The translations under genes were made by a program, and so were the position numbers. DNA of 64,000 nucleotides, from positions 65,625 to 129,624 of the forward strand of contig CAYXQC010000002.1 in assembly GCA_964467385.1 (NCBI GenBank), in the 5' to 3' direction. Source of the DNA: an uncultured Candidatus Saccharibacteria bacterium. Lineage in GTDB: Bacteria > Patescibacteriota > Minisyncoccia > Phycocordibacterales > CAIZLB01. Shown here in pieces: positions 46,225 through 56,163 of this stretch (position 1 is the stretch's first letter; each line of letters begins with the position of its first letter). The notes under the pieces are model-generated. The model worked only from the letters and a program-made list of their open reading frames with translations. It searched no databases and had not been told where the DNA came from.

Positions 46225-47439
46225 ATGAAATTTTCATACACAGCTATTAACAAGGATGGTCAAAAATACACTTCTACGATTGAAGCTAGTGATAAAGCTG
46301 GTTTTTATACTGAGTTTAGAAAAGTGGGAGATGTGCTTGTGGCCGTAAAGGAATCATCTGAAATAAAAAAGAAAGGTCTTTCAATGGAAATCACCTGGTT
46401 TGAGCATGCAAAAGTGATGGATAAGATTATTTTTGCCCGAAATCTCGGAAACATGCTCGATGCAGGACTTTCACTTTCTCGGGCAATCACCGTGATGGAG
46501 CGACAATCAAAAAGTCCACTTTTGAAACGAACTTATACTGGACTTAATGAATCTATTTCTTCTGGGAAAAGTTTTCATGAGGCACTCGATATGTATCCAA
46601 AGGTTTTCCCTAAGCTCTTTGTGGCTATGGCTAAAGTGGGTGAGGAAGGTGGAAATCTTGCCGAGACACTTCGACAAGTAGGTAATCAAATGGAGAAGAG
46701 CTACATGCTTACAAAGAAGGTTAAAGGTGCGATGATGTATCCGTCTATTATCATTGGTGTGATGATTACAATTGCCATTCTCATGATGATTTATGTGGTA
46801 CCAGGACTGACAAATACATTCAAAGAGCTCAAAGTGCCACTTCCGACTTCTACCAAGGTGATTATAGCTATTAGTGATTTTGTTTCGGCTCATTACATTA
46901 TTACGCTCGGTGGATTTATTGCACTTGTGATTGCACTTATCTTCGCAGGAAAAACTAAAGTCGGCGCGCGAGCATATGACTTTGTCTCTCTTAAGGTGCC
47001 TGTGATAAGTACTATCGTAAAAGAAGGAAATTCTGCACAAACCGCTCGTACACTTTCATCACTTCTGACATCGGGAGTAGATATGCTTTTAGCGGTAAAG
47101 ATCACCGGGGAGGTGTTGCAAAATAGCTATTATAAAAAAGTGATGGAGGATAGTCAGATTGTGATAGAAAAAGGAGAACCTCTCTCAACTATATTTGTAA
47201 AAGAAGAAAAGTTGTATCCAATTTTTGTAGGAGAAATGATGAGTGTAGGAGAAGAAACTGGCCGAATGGCACCAATGCTTGCTGGTGTTGCCACATTTTA
47301 TGAAAATGAAGTTGAGCAAAAAACTAAAGATCTCTCTACAATTATTGAACCAATCTTGATGGTGTTTATAGGTGCGTCAGTAGGATTCTTCGCTATCTCG
47401 ATGATTAAGCCGATCTATTCGATTATGAATAATGTATAA
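46225..47439 (+). CDS. pilC: Type IV pilus platform protein PilC/GspF
   Basis: GEEGGNL, AMMYP, GEETG, IEPIL; two GspF repeats. Confidence 0.95.
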   Translation: MKFSYTAINKDGQKYTSTIEASDKAGFYTEFRKVGDVLVAVKESSEIKKKGLSMEITWFEHAKVMDKIIFARNLGNMLDAGLSLSRAITVMERQSKSPLLKRTYTGLNESISSGKSFHEALDMYPKVFPKLFVAMAKVGEEGGNLAETLRQVGNQMEKSYMLTKKVKGAMMYPSIIIGVMITIAILMMIYVVPGLTNTFKELKVPLPTSTKVIIAISDFVSAHYIITLGGFIALVIALIFAGKTKVGARAYDFVSLKVPVISTIVKEGNSAQTARTLSSLLTSGVDMLLAVKITGEVLQNSYYKKVMEDSQIVIEKGEPLSTIFVKEEKLYPIFVGEMMSVGEETGRMAPMLAGVATFYENEVEQKTKDLSTIIEPILMVFIGASVGFFAISMIKPIYSIMNNV

Positions 47440-47447
47440 TATTATTT

Positions 47448-47969
47448 GTGATGTCACCTCATTTGTTCAATACATATAAGCCTGTCGGAAAAAATAAACT
47501 CTTTCAGCAAGGTTTTAGCAGAGGATTTAGTCTGATTGAGATGATTATAGTGTTTGGAATCGTCGCTTTAATTGCACAAATATCTATCTCTACATTTGTA
47601 AATGTTTCAAATAATCAGTCACTCGAGAAGGACGTAAACTATGCTGTCTCAATGATCGAAAGGGCTCGAACACAGACTATTAATGCAAAAAACAATAGTC
47701 AATTTGGTATAAAGTTTGCCAGTTCGACTGTGACTCTGTTCCAAGGAACCACATATAATGCAAACTCAGCTTCAAATACAGTCTTTGCATTGTCTTCAAA
47801 AGTTGAAATTGCTGCAATTAATTTAACTGGTGGAGTGTCACAGGCGACTTTTGAATTCATCACAGGGAAGTCAAATGCAACAGGTACAGTTAGGTTCAGA
47901 TTGAAGCAAGATGCTAATTCTTCAAGTACTATCATGTTACATAAGACTGGATTCGCCGAGATTCTATAA
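47448..47969 (+). CDS. Minor pilin (FimT/GspH-like)
   Basis: Prepilin site RG/FSLIEM. Confidence 0.88.
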   Translation: MMSPHLFNTYKPVGKNKLFQQGFSRGFSLIEMIIVFGIVALIAQISISTFVNVSNNQSLEKDVNYAVSMIERARTQTINAKNNSQFGIKFASSTVTLFQGTTYNANSASNTVFALSSKVEIAAINLTGGVSQATFEFITGKSNATGTVRFRLKQDANSSSTIMLHKTGFAEIL

Positions 47970-47980
47970 AAACTATCGTT

Positions 47981-48508
47981 ATGATTTTCAAAAAGCATCT
48001 AAAAAGTGATAGGGGTATAAAAAGTAATGCGAGCGGTGTCAGTATTGTCGAAGTGCTTGTTGCATCAGCAATCATCATGTCTTCGGTCGTTGCAATTATG
48101 GGTGTATATAGTGGTTTGACTTCTATTTCAGTTCGAAATACGGCAAAAGTACAAGCAGGAATGCTTCTCGATGAGGGAGCTGAAGCACTTAGGTTTATGA
48201 GAGATGTGAGCTGGTCAACCAACATTAACCCTCTGGTAAATGGTACTACGTATAGGTTGTACTGGGATTATAGTGTGAGTAACTATGGTTGGAGAGCAAC
48301 TACTACACAAGCGCTCATAGATGATGAGTTTGATCGAACTTTTGTGCTCTCCTCTGTAAGTCGAGATGCGAGTAATAACATAGTGACATCTGGAGGGACC
48401 ACAGATACAGGTACTCGGAAAGCTACTATTACTGTATCTTGGTTCGATAAGACAGCTACGACGTCAAAGTCAATTCAGATGTATTTGTATAATACATACA
48501 ATAGATAA
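47981..48508 (+). CDS. Minor pilin (PilV/GspI-like)
   Basis: SG/VSIVEVLVA prepilin site; C-terminal ITVSW. Confidence 0.85.
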   Translation: MIFKKHLKSDRGIKSNASGVSIVEVLVASAIIMSSVVAIMGVYSGLTSISVRNTAKVQAGMLLDEGAEALRFMRDVSWSTNINPLVNGTTYRLYWDYSVSNYGWRATTTQALIDDEFDRTFVLSSVSRDASNNIVTSGGTTDTGTRKATITVSWFDKTATTSKSIQMYLYNTYNR

Positions 48509-48523
48509 GAGCACATCATAGAT

Positions 48524-49105
48524 ATGAATATTTTTTCAAGAAAATCTAAAATTGTCGGCCATACCGCACAGAGGATTGTGGATAGAAACAAACGAGGTTT
48601 TACGCTGGTTGAAATGCTTATTTACGTCGGTCTATGTGCAGTACTTATGGTTGGTTTAGTCAATGCTATGCTTCTCCTTACTGATGCGTACCGTACAGTT
48701 AAAACAGCTCGAAAGATGGAAAGTTCCGCTATTACATTGATGGACCGTATCATTCGAGAAGCGCGACGTTCGACAGGTATCAATGCAGGAGCATTTGATG
48801 TGCCGAATGGAAGTGTGACACTTGAGGCAGGAAGTTCTACGTCTCCATACTTAACTTTTTATCTACAGGATGGTCGAGCGTATATTACGGATGAAGGAGA
48901 CTCGTCACCGCTCACTGATTCTGACATAGTTGTCGAATCGATGGTATTTAGTCGCTATCCGCTATACAACGTTCAGTTTGCTACAAGCTCAGTACTTCTT
49001 CGGGTTGATTTCACTATAAATAGTGGATCTTCTACTCCAAATTTTACAACAAGAAGTTTTTACGGCTCAGCTATCCTTAGAGGTTCATACGATTTTCAAC
49101 CATAA
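48524..49105 (+). CDS. Minor pilin (PilW/GspJ-like)
   Basis: RG/FTLVEMLIY prepilin site. Confidence 0.88.
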   Translation: MNIFSRKSKIVGHTAQRIVDRNKRGFTLVEMLIYVGLCAVLMVGLVNAMLLLTDAYRTVKTARKMESSAITLMDRIIREARRSTGINAGAFDVPNGSVTLEAGSSTSPYLTFYLQDGRAYITDEGDSSPLTDSDIVVESMVFSRYPLYNVQFATSSVLLRVDFTINSGSSTPNFTTRSFYGSAILRGSYDFQP

Positions 49106-49136
49106 ACAAATTGTAGTTTTACATTTGTTACAATAG

Positions 49137-50963
49137 ATGTATCGCATTATGAATACATCATCTAAAACTCATTCTCAGATCAAAATTAATACACATGTTT
49201 GCGCCCGGAAAAATAGTGGACAAGTCATAATGGGTTCACTGCTGATGTTTCTATCTATTTCTATTGTCGTACTTGTAGGTATTGCAACACCGGTTGCGGT
49301 ACAGGTACGATCGGCTGCTGATTTTCTTCAATCAAAACAAGGATACATTACTGCTGATGTATTGAATGAAGAAAGTTTGTATCGACTCAATAAAGGTTGG
49401 ACCTTACCTTCAACACTTGTTCTTTCTTTCAATGAATCAACATCAACTGCACTTATCACTGATGTTGACGGTAAAAAACAGATCATTGCTACAGGTGTTT
49501 CCGGTCTATTTTCAAGAATATCTAAAAGTGTTTTCACTCCACAAGGGACTAAGTCAGTCAATATTAGCTATGCCACCCAGATTGGTAATGGGGGTTTAAC
49601 CATGGATGGCAGCCCTACAATCACAGGTAATGCTATTTCGAACGGAAATATAACGGGTTCAGGGGTTTCTACTATTACAGGCAATGCCTTGTCTTCTATT
49701 TCCACACCAGAATCTACAGACCAATCAAATGGTAGTGGAACTCCAGCGGTAAATCTAGTATTTGGAAATGCTAATGCTACACAGGATTTTGCGCAGAGTT
49801 TTACTGTGTCAACAACCACTTCATTATCAAGAGTGCTTTTATATATGAAAAAGACTGGTACACCGTCTAATATAACCGTGAGAGTCACTGCTGATTCTTC
49901 AGGAAATCCAGCTGGCACAAGTCTTGCTACTGCTACACTAAATGTCACTCAGATCGCAACTTCGTATTCGTGGGTTCCAGTAGTGTTCACTTCGAATACT
50001 TCATTAACTCCAGGGACTACATATTGGCTCGTTTTAGACGTTCCTTCGAATTCAAATACAAGCAATTTTACTATGGGTATAAGTAATACAGATTCATATA
50101 GATCTGCGAATTCAGTTAAGATGGGACGATACAATGTGAGTAGTTGGACAACTTCTACTTCAAATTATGATGCATTTTTCAAACTCTATCTCGGCGGCGT
50201 GAGTTCTATTTCAGGAGTAGTAGTAAATGGATTTGCTTCTGCGTATTCAGTAAGTAACTCGACGGTTTCTGGGGCACTTTATTGTCAAAGTGGCTCTGGT
50301 AATAACAAATCATGTAACACTTCATCTTCAACTCCGGTATCTATTTCTTACCCGCTTGCTGATTCAAATATCACTGATTGGAAAGCAGAAGCTACGGCTG
50401 GAGGTGTACGAACTGGCAATGTAACTATTAATGGAGTTACTGCTACAACTACGGGGCCAATCAAGATAAATGGAAACCTTACGATTAGTGAGAGTGGTCG
50501 ACTTACTATGACTGGTACTATCTATGTAACAGGAGATGTGACTATTAACGGTGCTGCAAACCTGAGTGTTGATTCTTCTTATGGTGCAAAAACAGGTGTG
50601 CTTATTGCAGATGGAAAAATCAATGTCACTGCCTCAGGTGCTGTTTCTGGTAGTGGTACGGCTGGTAGTTATGTGCTTTTTGTGACTACAAGTACTTGTG
50701 GAGGTACTGCTACTTGTTCAGGAGGTGCTTCAGCTATAACCGTGAGTGGTGCAGCAGGTGCCGTGGTGCTTTTCGCTCCAAATGGAAAAGTGGCATTCAC
50801 TGGAAGTGCTAGCGCAAAAGCGGTTGCTGGATATGCCGTGAGCCTATCCGGAGCAACACAAGTCAATTACGAAAGTGGCTTATCAAGTCTCACTTTTAGT
50901 AGTACACAATCAAGTGGGACTTCATCTTGGGTCACAGATACCTGGAAGGAGATTTTTCAGTAG
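49137..50963 (+). CDS. PilX/GspK-like tip pilin with a large Ser/Thr/Gly-rich adhesin region
   Basis: SG/QVIMG site without E5; AQSFT...LTPGTTYWLV beta-sandwich; GNLTI/GDVTI beta-helix repeats; terminal WKE. Confidence 0.8.
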   Translation: MYRIMNTSSKTHSQIKINTHVCARKNSGQVIMGSLLMFLSISIVVLVGIATPVAVQVRSAADFLQSKQGYITADVLNEESLYRLNKGWTLPSTLVLSFNESTSTALITDVDGKKQIIATGVSGLFSRISKSVFTPQGTKSVNISYATQIGNGGLTMDGSPTITGNAISNGNITGSGVSTITGNALSSISTPESTDQSNGSGTPAVNLVFGNANATQDFAQSFTVSTTTSLSRVLLYMKKTGTPSNITVRVTADSSGNPAGTSLATATLNVTQIATSYSWVPVVFTSNTSLTPGTTYWLVLDVPSNSNTSNFTMGISNTDSYRSANSVKMGRYNVSSWTTSTSNYDAFFKLYLGGVSSISGVVVNGFASAYSVSNSTVSGALYCQSGSGNNKSCNTSSSTPVSISYPLADSNITDWKAEATAGGVRTGNVTINGVTATTTGPIKINGNLTISESGRLTMTGTIYVTGDVTINGAANLSVDSSYGAKTGVLIADGKINVTASGAVSGSGTAGSYVLFVTTSTCGGTATCSGGASAITVSGAAGAVVLFAPNGKVAFTGSASAKAVAGYAVSLSGATQVNYESGLSSLTFSSTQSSGTSSWVTDTWKEIFQ

Positions 50964-51052
50964 GTTTTTATAGTGCAAATTTCTATATTTGGTTACAGCC
51001 TTCGTCTTTTGTGAATAGGTCTTGATTCGGCATCTTTTGCTATAATCATTTC

Positions 51053-52009
51053 ATGAAAAATAAAAAACCACTTCTTGTAGGAAATTGGAAAATGAATCCG
51101 GCTGTGCTTGGTGATGCTCGAAAAAAGATCACAGAATTAAAGAAAATAGCCCTTTCATACAAAGATTTGGAAATTGTTATTTGTCCTCCAGCTCCATTTA
51201 TCTCTGGCCTGGCCGAAATTACTCTTGGAAAAAGTTTCCTTTCAGGTGCACGAATACAGGGAAACATGTCTATTTCTCAGGCTGGTAAACACGCCAAGGC
51301 AGGACTTGTACAAATTGGTACTCAGGATGCTTCGCAGCACGAAGAGGGTGGTTCACGAACCGGTGAAATTGGCGTGAAAATGCTAGAAAGCGCTGGTGCG
51401 ACCTATTGTATCGTTGGGCACTCAGAACGACGTGCCGCAGGAGATACAGGTGCGACTATTGCCTTGAAAATCCAGCAAGCACTTCGCACTCACATGAATG
51501 TTATTGTTTGTGTAGGTGAGAAAGAGCGTGATACTGATGCAGGTTATTTAGAAATTATCAAAGCTCAACTCAAAGAGGCTCTTGTTCATGTTACTCGATC
51601 GGAATTTCATAAAATTATTATTGCCTACGAGCCTGTATGGGCGATTGGACGGAAGGATAATGTTGCGATTACTTCATACGACCTCCACCAGATGGTTGTA
51701 TACATCAAGAAATTCCTCAAGGAAACATATGGAGAAACGATTGCTTCTATCACACGGATTCTTTACGGAGGATCAGTTACAGCGGAAAATGCAGAAGATA
51801 TCTTTGTGAAAGGTGAGGTTGATGGTCTCTTGGTTGGACGAGCAAGTTGGGAACCAAAAGGTTTTCGAGATATTTTCGATGCAATCAAGGTTGCTCCGAA
51901 GACTCATAACACAAAAGAGCTAAAGAAATCATTAAAAAAGGCCAAAGAAAATAAGCGAAATGGCGGTTTCAAGGGGCCAATCGATCGAAGCGGATCAAAG
52001 AAGAGATAG
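51053..52009 (+). CDS. tpiA: Triosephosphate isomerase
   Basis: GNWKMN, VGHSERR, AYEPVWAIG, YGGSV, DGLLVGRAS. Confidence 0.97.
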   Translation: MKNKKPLLVGNWKMNPAVLGDARKKITELKKIALSYKDLEIVICPPAPFISGLAEITLGKSFLSGARIQGNMSISQAGKHAKAGLVQIGTQDASQHEEGGSRTGEIGVKMLESAGATYCIVGHSERRAAGDTGATIALKIQQALRTHMNVIVCVGEKERDTDAGYLEIIKAQLKEALVHVTRSEFHKIIIAYEPVWAIGRKDNVAITSYDLHQMVVYIKKFLKETYGETIASITRILYGGSVTAENAEDIFVKGEVDGLLVGRASWEPKGFRDIFDAIKVAPKTHNTKELKKSLKKAKENKRNGGFKGPIDRSGSKKR

Positions 52010-52099
52010 TTTGAAATAATGCTGAATGGTGTAGTAAAAAGTGTGGCAAAATAAAGAAAACAAAGCGTAGATAGCAGATAAAAAATTAATCAAAAATTT

Positions 52100-53284
52100 A
52101 TGCACATAAAATCAATCACAGAACTTGGACAAGTAGAATTAAAGGGGAAACGGGTGCTGGTACGTGTTGATTTTAATGTTCAGGTGTATGAAGGAAAAAT
52201 TCTTGATGATCTTCGGGTACGAAAAACCTTACCGACTATTAAGTTTTTACGTGACGCTGGAGCAAAAATTATTCTTATCTCACATATTGAAAGCAAGGAT
52301 GACACCGGTCTTCGGCCGGTTGCTGATTACATCAGCGCTCACTATGCCGCAGAGTGCGGCGAAGTTAAGTTTGTTGAGAACTTTTTGAGTGAATCTTCAC
52401 GAGAAGTGTGCTCAGCTACGAACGAGAATTTCAAAAATGGACAGGTCGTCCTCTTCGAAAATCTTCGTACAAGTGAAGGTGAAAAAGCCAATGATCCAGA
52501 ATTTGCAAAACACCTAGCGAGTTTTGCAGATATATACGTAAACGATGCATTCGCTGTTTCTCATCGAGCACATGCATCTGTTGTTGGAGTACCGGCACTG
52601 TTTCCAAATGCTCGATTCGCAGGCATTCAGCTTGGCCTCGAGCTCGAAAATCTAAAAACTGCTTTCAATCCTCCTCACCCTTTTATTTTTATCCTTGGTG
52701 GCGCAAAGTTCGAAACGAAATTGCCACTTATTGAGAAATTTTCAAAAACTGCCGACTATCTATATCTTGGCGGAGCTTTGCTAAATGACATTCTCAAAGC
52801 AAAAGGATTTTCTGTTGGTAAATCGCTCGTGTCTTCTGGTTCTGTGGATGTATCAGCCGCGGCTTCGAATCCCAAAGTAATTATTCCAGATGATGTGATT
52901 GTCGAGCGTGCCGGTGAAAAGATGGCTGTAGCTTTAGATGACGTATGTGACGACGATATGATCATGGACGTTGGACCTTCATTTACGCAAAAACTTCTTG
53001 AGCACATTGCAAGTGCGAAGTTTGTTCTCTGGAATGGACCGATGGGTAATTATGAAAAAGGATATAAAGAGCAAACGGTTTCTATGGCGCGTGTGATTGC
53101 CGAATCTTCGGCACAGTCTCTGATCGGAGGTGGTGACACGACTGCAGCTATCGCAGAGCTAGGATTTGATGCGGTCAAAGATGGTAAAGGTAACACCTCA
53201 CATATGTTCGTCTCAACTGGTGGTGGCGCAATGCTCGAATATCTAGAAAACGAAACGCTCCCAGGTGTGGAAGCGCTCGCTTAA
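52100..53284 (+). CDS. pgk: Phosphoglycerate kinase
   Basis: RVDFNV, NDAFAVSHRAHAS, GGAK, WNGPMG, GGGDT, STGGGA. Confidence 0.98.
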   Translation: MHIKSITELGQVELKGKRVLVRVDFNVQVYEGKILDDLRVRKTLPTIKFLRDAGAKIILISHIESKDDTGLRPVADYISAHYAAECGEVKFVENFLSESSREVCSATNENFKNGQVVLFENLRTSEGEKANDPEFAKHLASFADIYVNDAFAVSHRAHASVVGVPALFPNARFAGIQLGLELENLKTAFNPPHPFIFILGGAKFETKLPLIEKFSKTADYLYLGGALLNDILKAKGFSVGKSLVSSGSVDVSAAASNPKVIIPDDVIVERAGEKMAVALDDVCDDDMIMDVGPSFTQKLLEHIASAKFVLWNGPMGNYEKGYKEQTVSMARVIAESSAQSLIGGGDTTAAIAELGFDAVKDGKGNTSHMFVSTGGGAMLEYLENETLPGVEALA

Positions 53285-53301
53285 CTTTTTCAACTTCAAT
53301 C

Positions 53302-53841
53302 TTAATTTTCCTCAGCAGGTCGTACCATTTCAATATATTCAAGTTTGTCTTTGAATAATTGAAGAGGTTTATCTGTCTTTTTGAATCCGTATCTTTCATA
53401 AAATCCTTGTGCGTGTTGGTTGGCTAAAAATACCTGCAGATAGCATGGCTTATCTTTGTCTGCCCAAGCTAAAAATTCTTCCATTAATTTTCCACCAATA
53501 CCTAGACTTTTTGCCTGGTTTAGTAAATAAAGACCTTCTAATTCGGTATATTCGTCTTGTTTTGAACCATGGAGAAAACCGAGAACTTTTCCATCCCTGT
53601 CATGTACTACTCTGTAGAGAATTTTATCGGGATGTTTTGCAGCTTTCTCAAAAGTATTTCTCCGGAAAACGTTACCTTCCTCAGTTGCAGCGTTCCCTCG
53701 AAGTTCATCGATAACTTCTTCAGTGACTCCTTTTGCTGGATTGATATATGTCTCTTTCCAGGATCTTAGATGCATTATTCCCACAGCGACATCATCTCCC
53801 TCTTGAGGATTGTCAATTGTAAATTTAGGCTCTTTTTCCAT
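53302..53841 (-). CDS. GNAT N-acetyltransferase
   Basis: LYLLNQAKSLGIGGKLM and NQHAQGFYERYGF. Confidence 0.9.
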   Translation of the reverse strand: MEKEPKFTIDNPQEGDDVAVGIMHLRSWKETYINPAKGVTEEVIDELRGNAATEEGNVFRRNTFEKAAKHPDKILYRVVHDRDGKVLGFLHGSKQDEYTELEGLYLLNQAKSLGIGGKLMEEFLAWADKDKPCYLQVFLANQHAQGFYERYGFKKTDKPLQLFKDKLEYIEMVRPAEEN

Positions 53842-53862
53842 GTTAGATTATCGTCGTGAAAA

Positions 53863-54294
53863 TTACTTTAAAGCCTCAACCATCTTCTCACCAAGCTCTT
53901 TAGCTTCATTTTCTGAGTCATATGCTTTACCTGGCCAATGCATGAAGCCGTCCTCGTTTTCTCGCGGTACGATATGGACATGAGTGTGGAAGACAATTTG
54001 CCCGGCCGCACTTTCATTGTTCATTATTATGTTTAAACCATCTGCGCTCACTGCATTTTTCACAGCAATAGCTACTTTCTGAACCGTGAGCATTACCCGG
54101 CACCAAAGTTCTGCAGGTGTCGTGTATACATTTTCAAAATGATCTTTAGGGATTACCAGTACGTGACCCTTGTTAACTGGCCGAATATCAAGAAAAGCTA
54201 GAGTGGTCTCATCTTCGTAGATTTTTATGGCAGGGATTTCGTTTTGGATAATTTTACAGAAAACGCAGTCGGCTTGGTGGTTGGCGTGTGTCAT
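53863..54294 (-). CDS. HIT family hydrolase
   Basis: DCVFCKI, GHVLVIPKDH, GQIVFHTHVHIVPR. Confidence 0.96.
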   Translation of the reverse strand: MTHANHQADCVFCKIIQNEIPAIKIYEDETTLAFLDIRPVNKGHVLVIPKDHFENVYTTPAELWCRVMLTVQKVAIAVKNAVSADGLNIIMNNESAAGQIVFHTHVHIVPRENEDGFMHWPGKAYDSENEAKELGEKMVEALK

Positions 54295-54372
54295 ATGGTG
54301 GTTATTATGGCTTATTTTTGAGGGAATGTATATGAAAGTTATTGCTCGCTTCTGTGATAAACTGCTCGGAGT

Positions 54373-56103
54373 ATGCCCACCTACAAACTCCGAACCACTG
54401 AAGGTGATACATTTCTAGATCAACTTCTGCATAGCCGAGGCCTCAAAAATTCCGAAGATAAACAGGTTTTTCTAAACCCTGAGTACAATTCCGGCACGCA
54501 TGACCCATTTCTCCTCAAAGATATGGATCGAACAGTTGAGCGGATAAAGCGTGCGGTCGATGCGAACGAGAAAATAACCATATACAGCGACTTTGATGCT
54601 GATGGTATTCCTGGTGCGGTGGTTCTTCATGATTGTTTGAAGAAAATTGGCCATACAAACTTTGCGAACTATATTCCACATCGTCATCGCGAAGGCTTCG
54701 GTATTCATAAAGCAGCTCTTGATGAAATCGCTAAAGCCGGTTCGACGCTGGTGATCAGTATCGATTGCGGAATTGCGGATATTGAATCTGCAAAATATGC
54801 CAAGGAACTTGGTATTGACCTAATCATCACTGACCATCATACGCCGGGTGATGTACTGCCAGATGCCTATGCTCTTATTAATCCTAAACGACCAGACTGT
54901 CAGTACCCAGAGAAAATGCTTTGCGGTGCTGGGGTGATTTATAAAGTTGCTCAAGCCTTGGCGCGAACGTTCAATGTGCCCGAAGGTTATGAAAAATGGT
55001 GGCTCGACATGGTAGGTCTTGCGACGCTCTCTGATATGGTACCTCTTCTTGGTGAAAATAGAATATTTGCACACTTCGGACTGATCGTGATGAGAAAAGC
55101 ACGACGAGTCGGTCTTCAGAAACTTTTTAAATCAGTAAAAATCGATCCACGATATCTGACCGAAGAAGATATTGCATTCATGGTCACTCCACGTATCAAC
55201 GCTGCTTCGCGAATGGCTGATCCTATCGATGCATTCAAACTTTTGTCGACGACGGATGAACTCGAGGCGGATATGATGACGGAACATTTAAATACTATAA
55301 ATAACAACAGAAAGGTACAGGTAGCGCATCTAGTAAAAGATATTAAGAAGAAAATAGATGAGCGAGATATAAGCGATAAGCCGGTGATCGTACTCGGTGA
55401 TATTGGCTGGAATCCGCCAGTTCTAGGTCTTGCCGCGACTCATATTGTGCGTGATTACAATAAGCCAACTTTTCTCTGGGGTAAATCCGAAGAAGGAGAG
55501 GAGGGAGTTTTCAAGGGTTCATGTCGTGCACCAGCTGGTATGGATGTTGTAAAAATCATGCGCGCAATGCCTGCTGATTATTTTCTAAATGCCGGAGGAC
55601 ACTCTGCTTCAGGTGGTTTTTCTATTGCTGAAGACAAGATTCATTTTTTTGAGAAATTGGCACTTGAGGCTGATTTGAAGCTGAAGGGTGGTGTTGGTGC
55701 TATGGATACAGATGGTGTAGATCCTGCTATGGCAGAAAATAGCAAAGAAAATCAAGATATTTTATGGATCGACAAGTATGCTGAGCCTGCGGATGTTGGT
55801 TTTAAGGTATGGTCAACGATTGAAAAAGTTGCCCCATTTGGCGAAGCAAATCCAAAGCCAGTTTTTATGTTCAAAAAGGTAATTATTGATGCTATAAATC
55901 TATTTGGTAAGAAAAAAGAGCATGCCGAGCTTGTGCTTAAAGGGAAAGGTTCAGTTAAAGCTATAAAATTCTTCGCTGAGGATGACAAGATTTTCATGTC
56001 TAAAATCGCAGAAGGAAAAAAGGTTGATGTGGTTGCACATATGGAAAAATCGATGTTTAAAAGATACCCGGAATACAGACTTAGAATTATTGATATACTG
56101 TAG
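54373..56103 (+). CDS. recJ: ssDNA exonuclease RecJ
   Basis: DFDADG, DCG, ITDHH, PRINAASR, GGHSASGG, PFGEANP. Confidence 0.96.
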   Translation: MPTYKLRTTEGDTFLDQLLHSRGLKNSEDKQVFLNPEYNSGTHDPFLLKDMDRTVERIKRAVDANEKITIYSDFDADGIPGAVVLHDCLKKIGHTNFANYIPHRHREGFGIHKAALDEIAKAGSTLVISIDCGIADIESAKYAKELGIDLIITDHHTPGDVLPDAYALINPKRPDCQYPEKMLCGAGVIYKVAQALARTFNVPEGYEKWWLDMVGLATLSDMVPLLGENRIFAHFGLIVMRKARRVGLQKLFKSVKIDPRYLTEEDIAFMVTPRINAASRMADPIDAFKLLSTTDELEADMMTEHLNTINNNRKVQVAHLVKDIKKKIDERDISDKPVIVLGDIGWNPPVLGLAATHIVRDYNKPTFLWGKSEEGEEGVFKGSCRAPAGMDVVKIMRAMPADYFLNAGGHSASGGFSIAEDKIHFFEKLALEADLKLKGGVGAMDTDGVDPAMAENSKENQDILWIDKYAEPADVGFKVWSTIEKVAPFGEANPKPVFMFKKVIIDAINLFGKKKEHAELVLKGKGSVKAIKFFAEDDKIFMSKIAEGKKVDVVAHMEKSMFKRYPEYRLRIIDIL

Positions 56104-56163
56104 AGGTTAAAAATCGATACGCGCGCCTCGGCGTGAGTAAATAAATTACACAGCACATACGGT

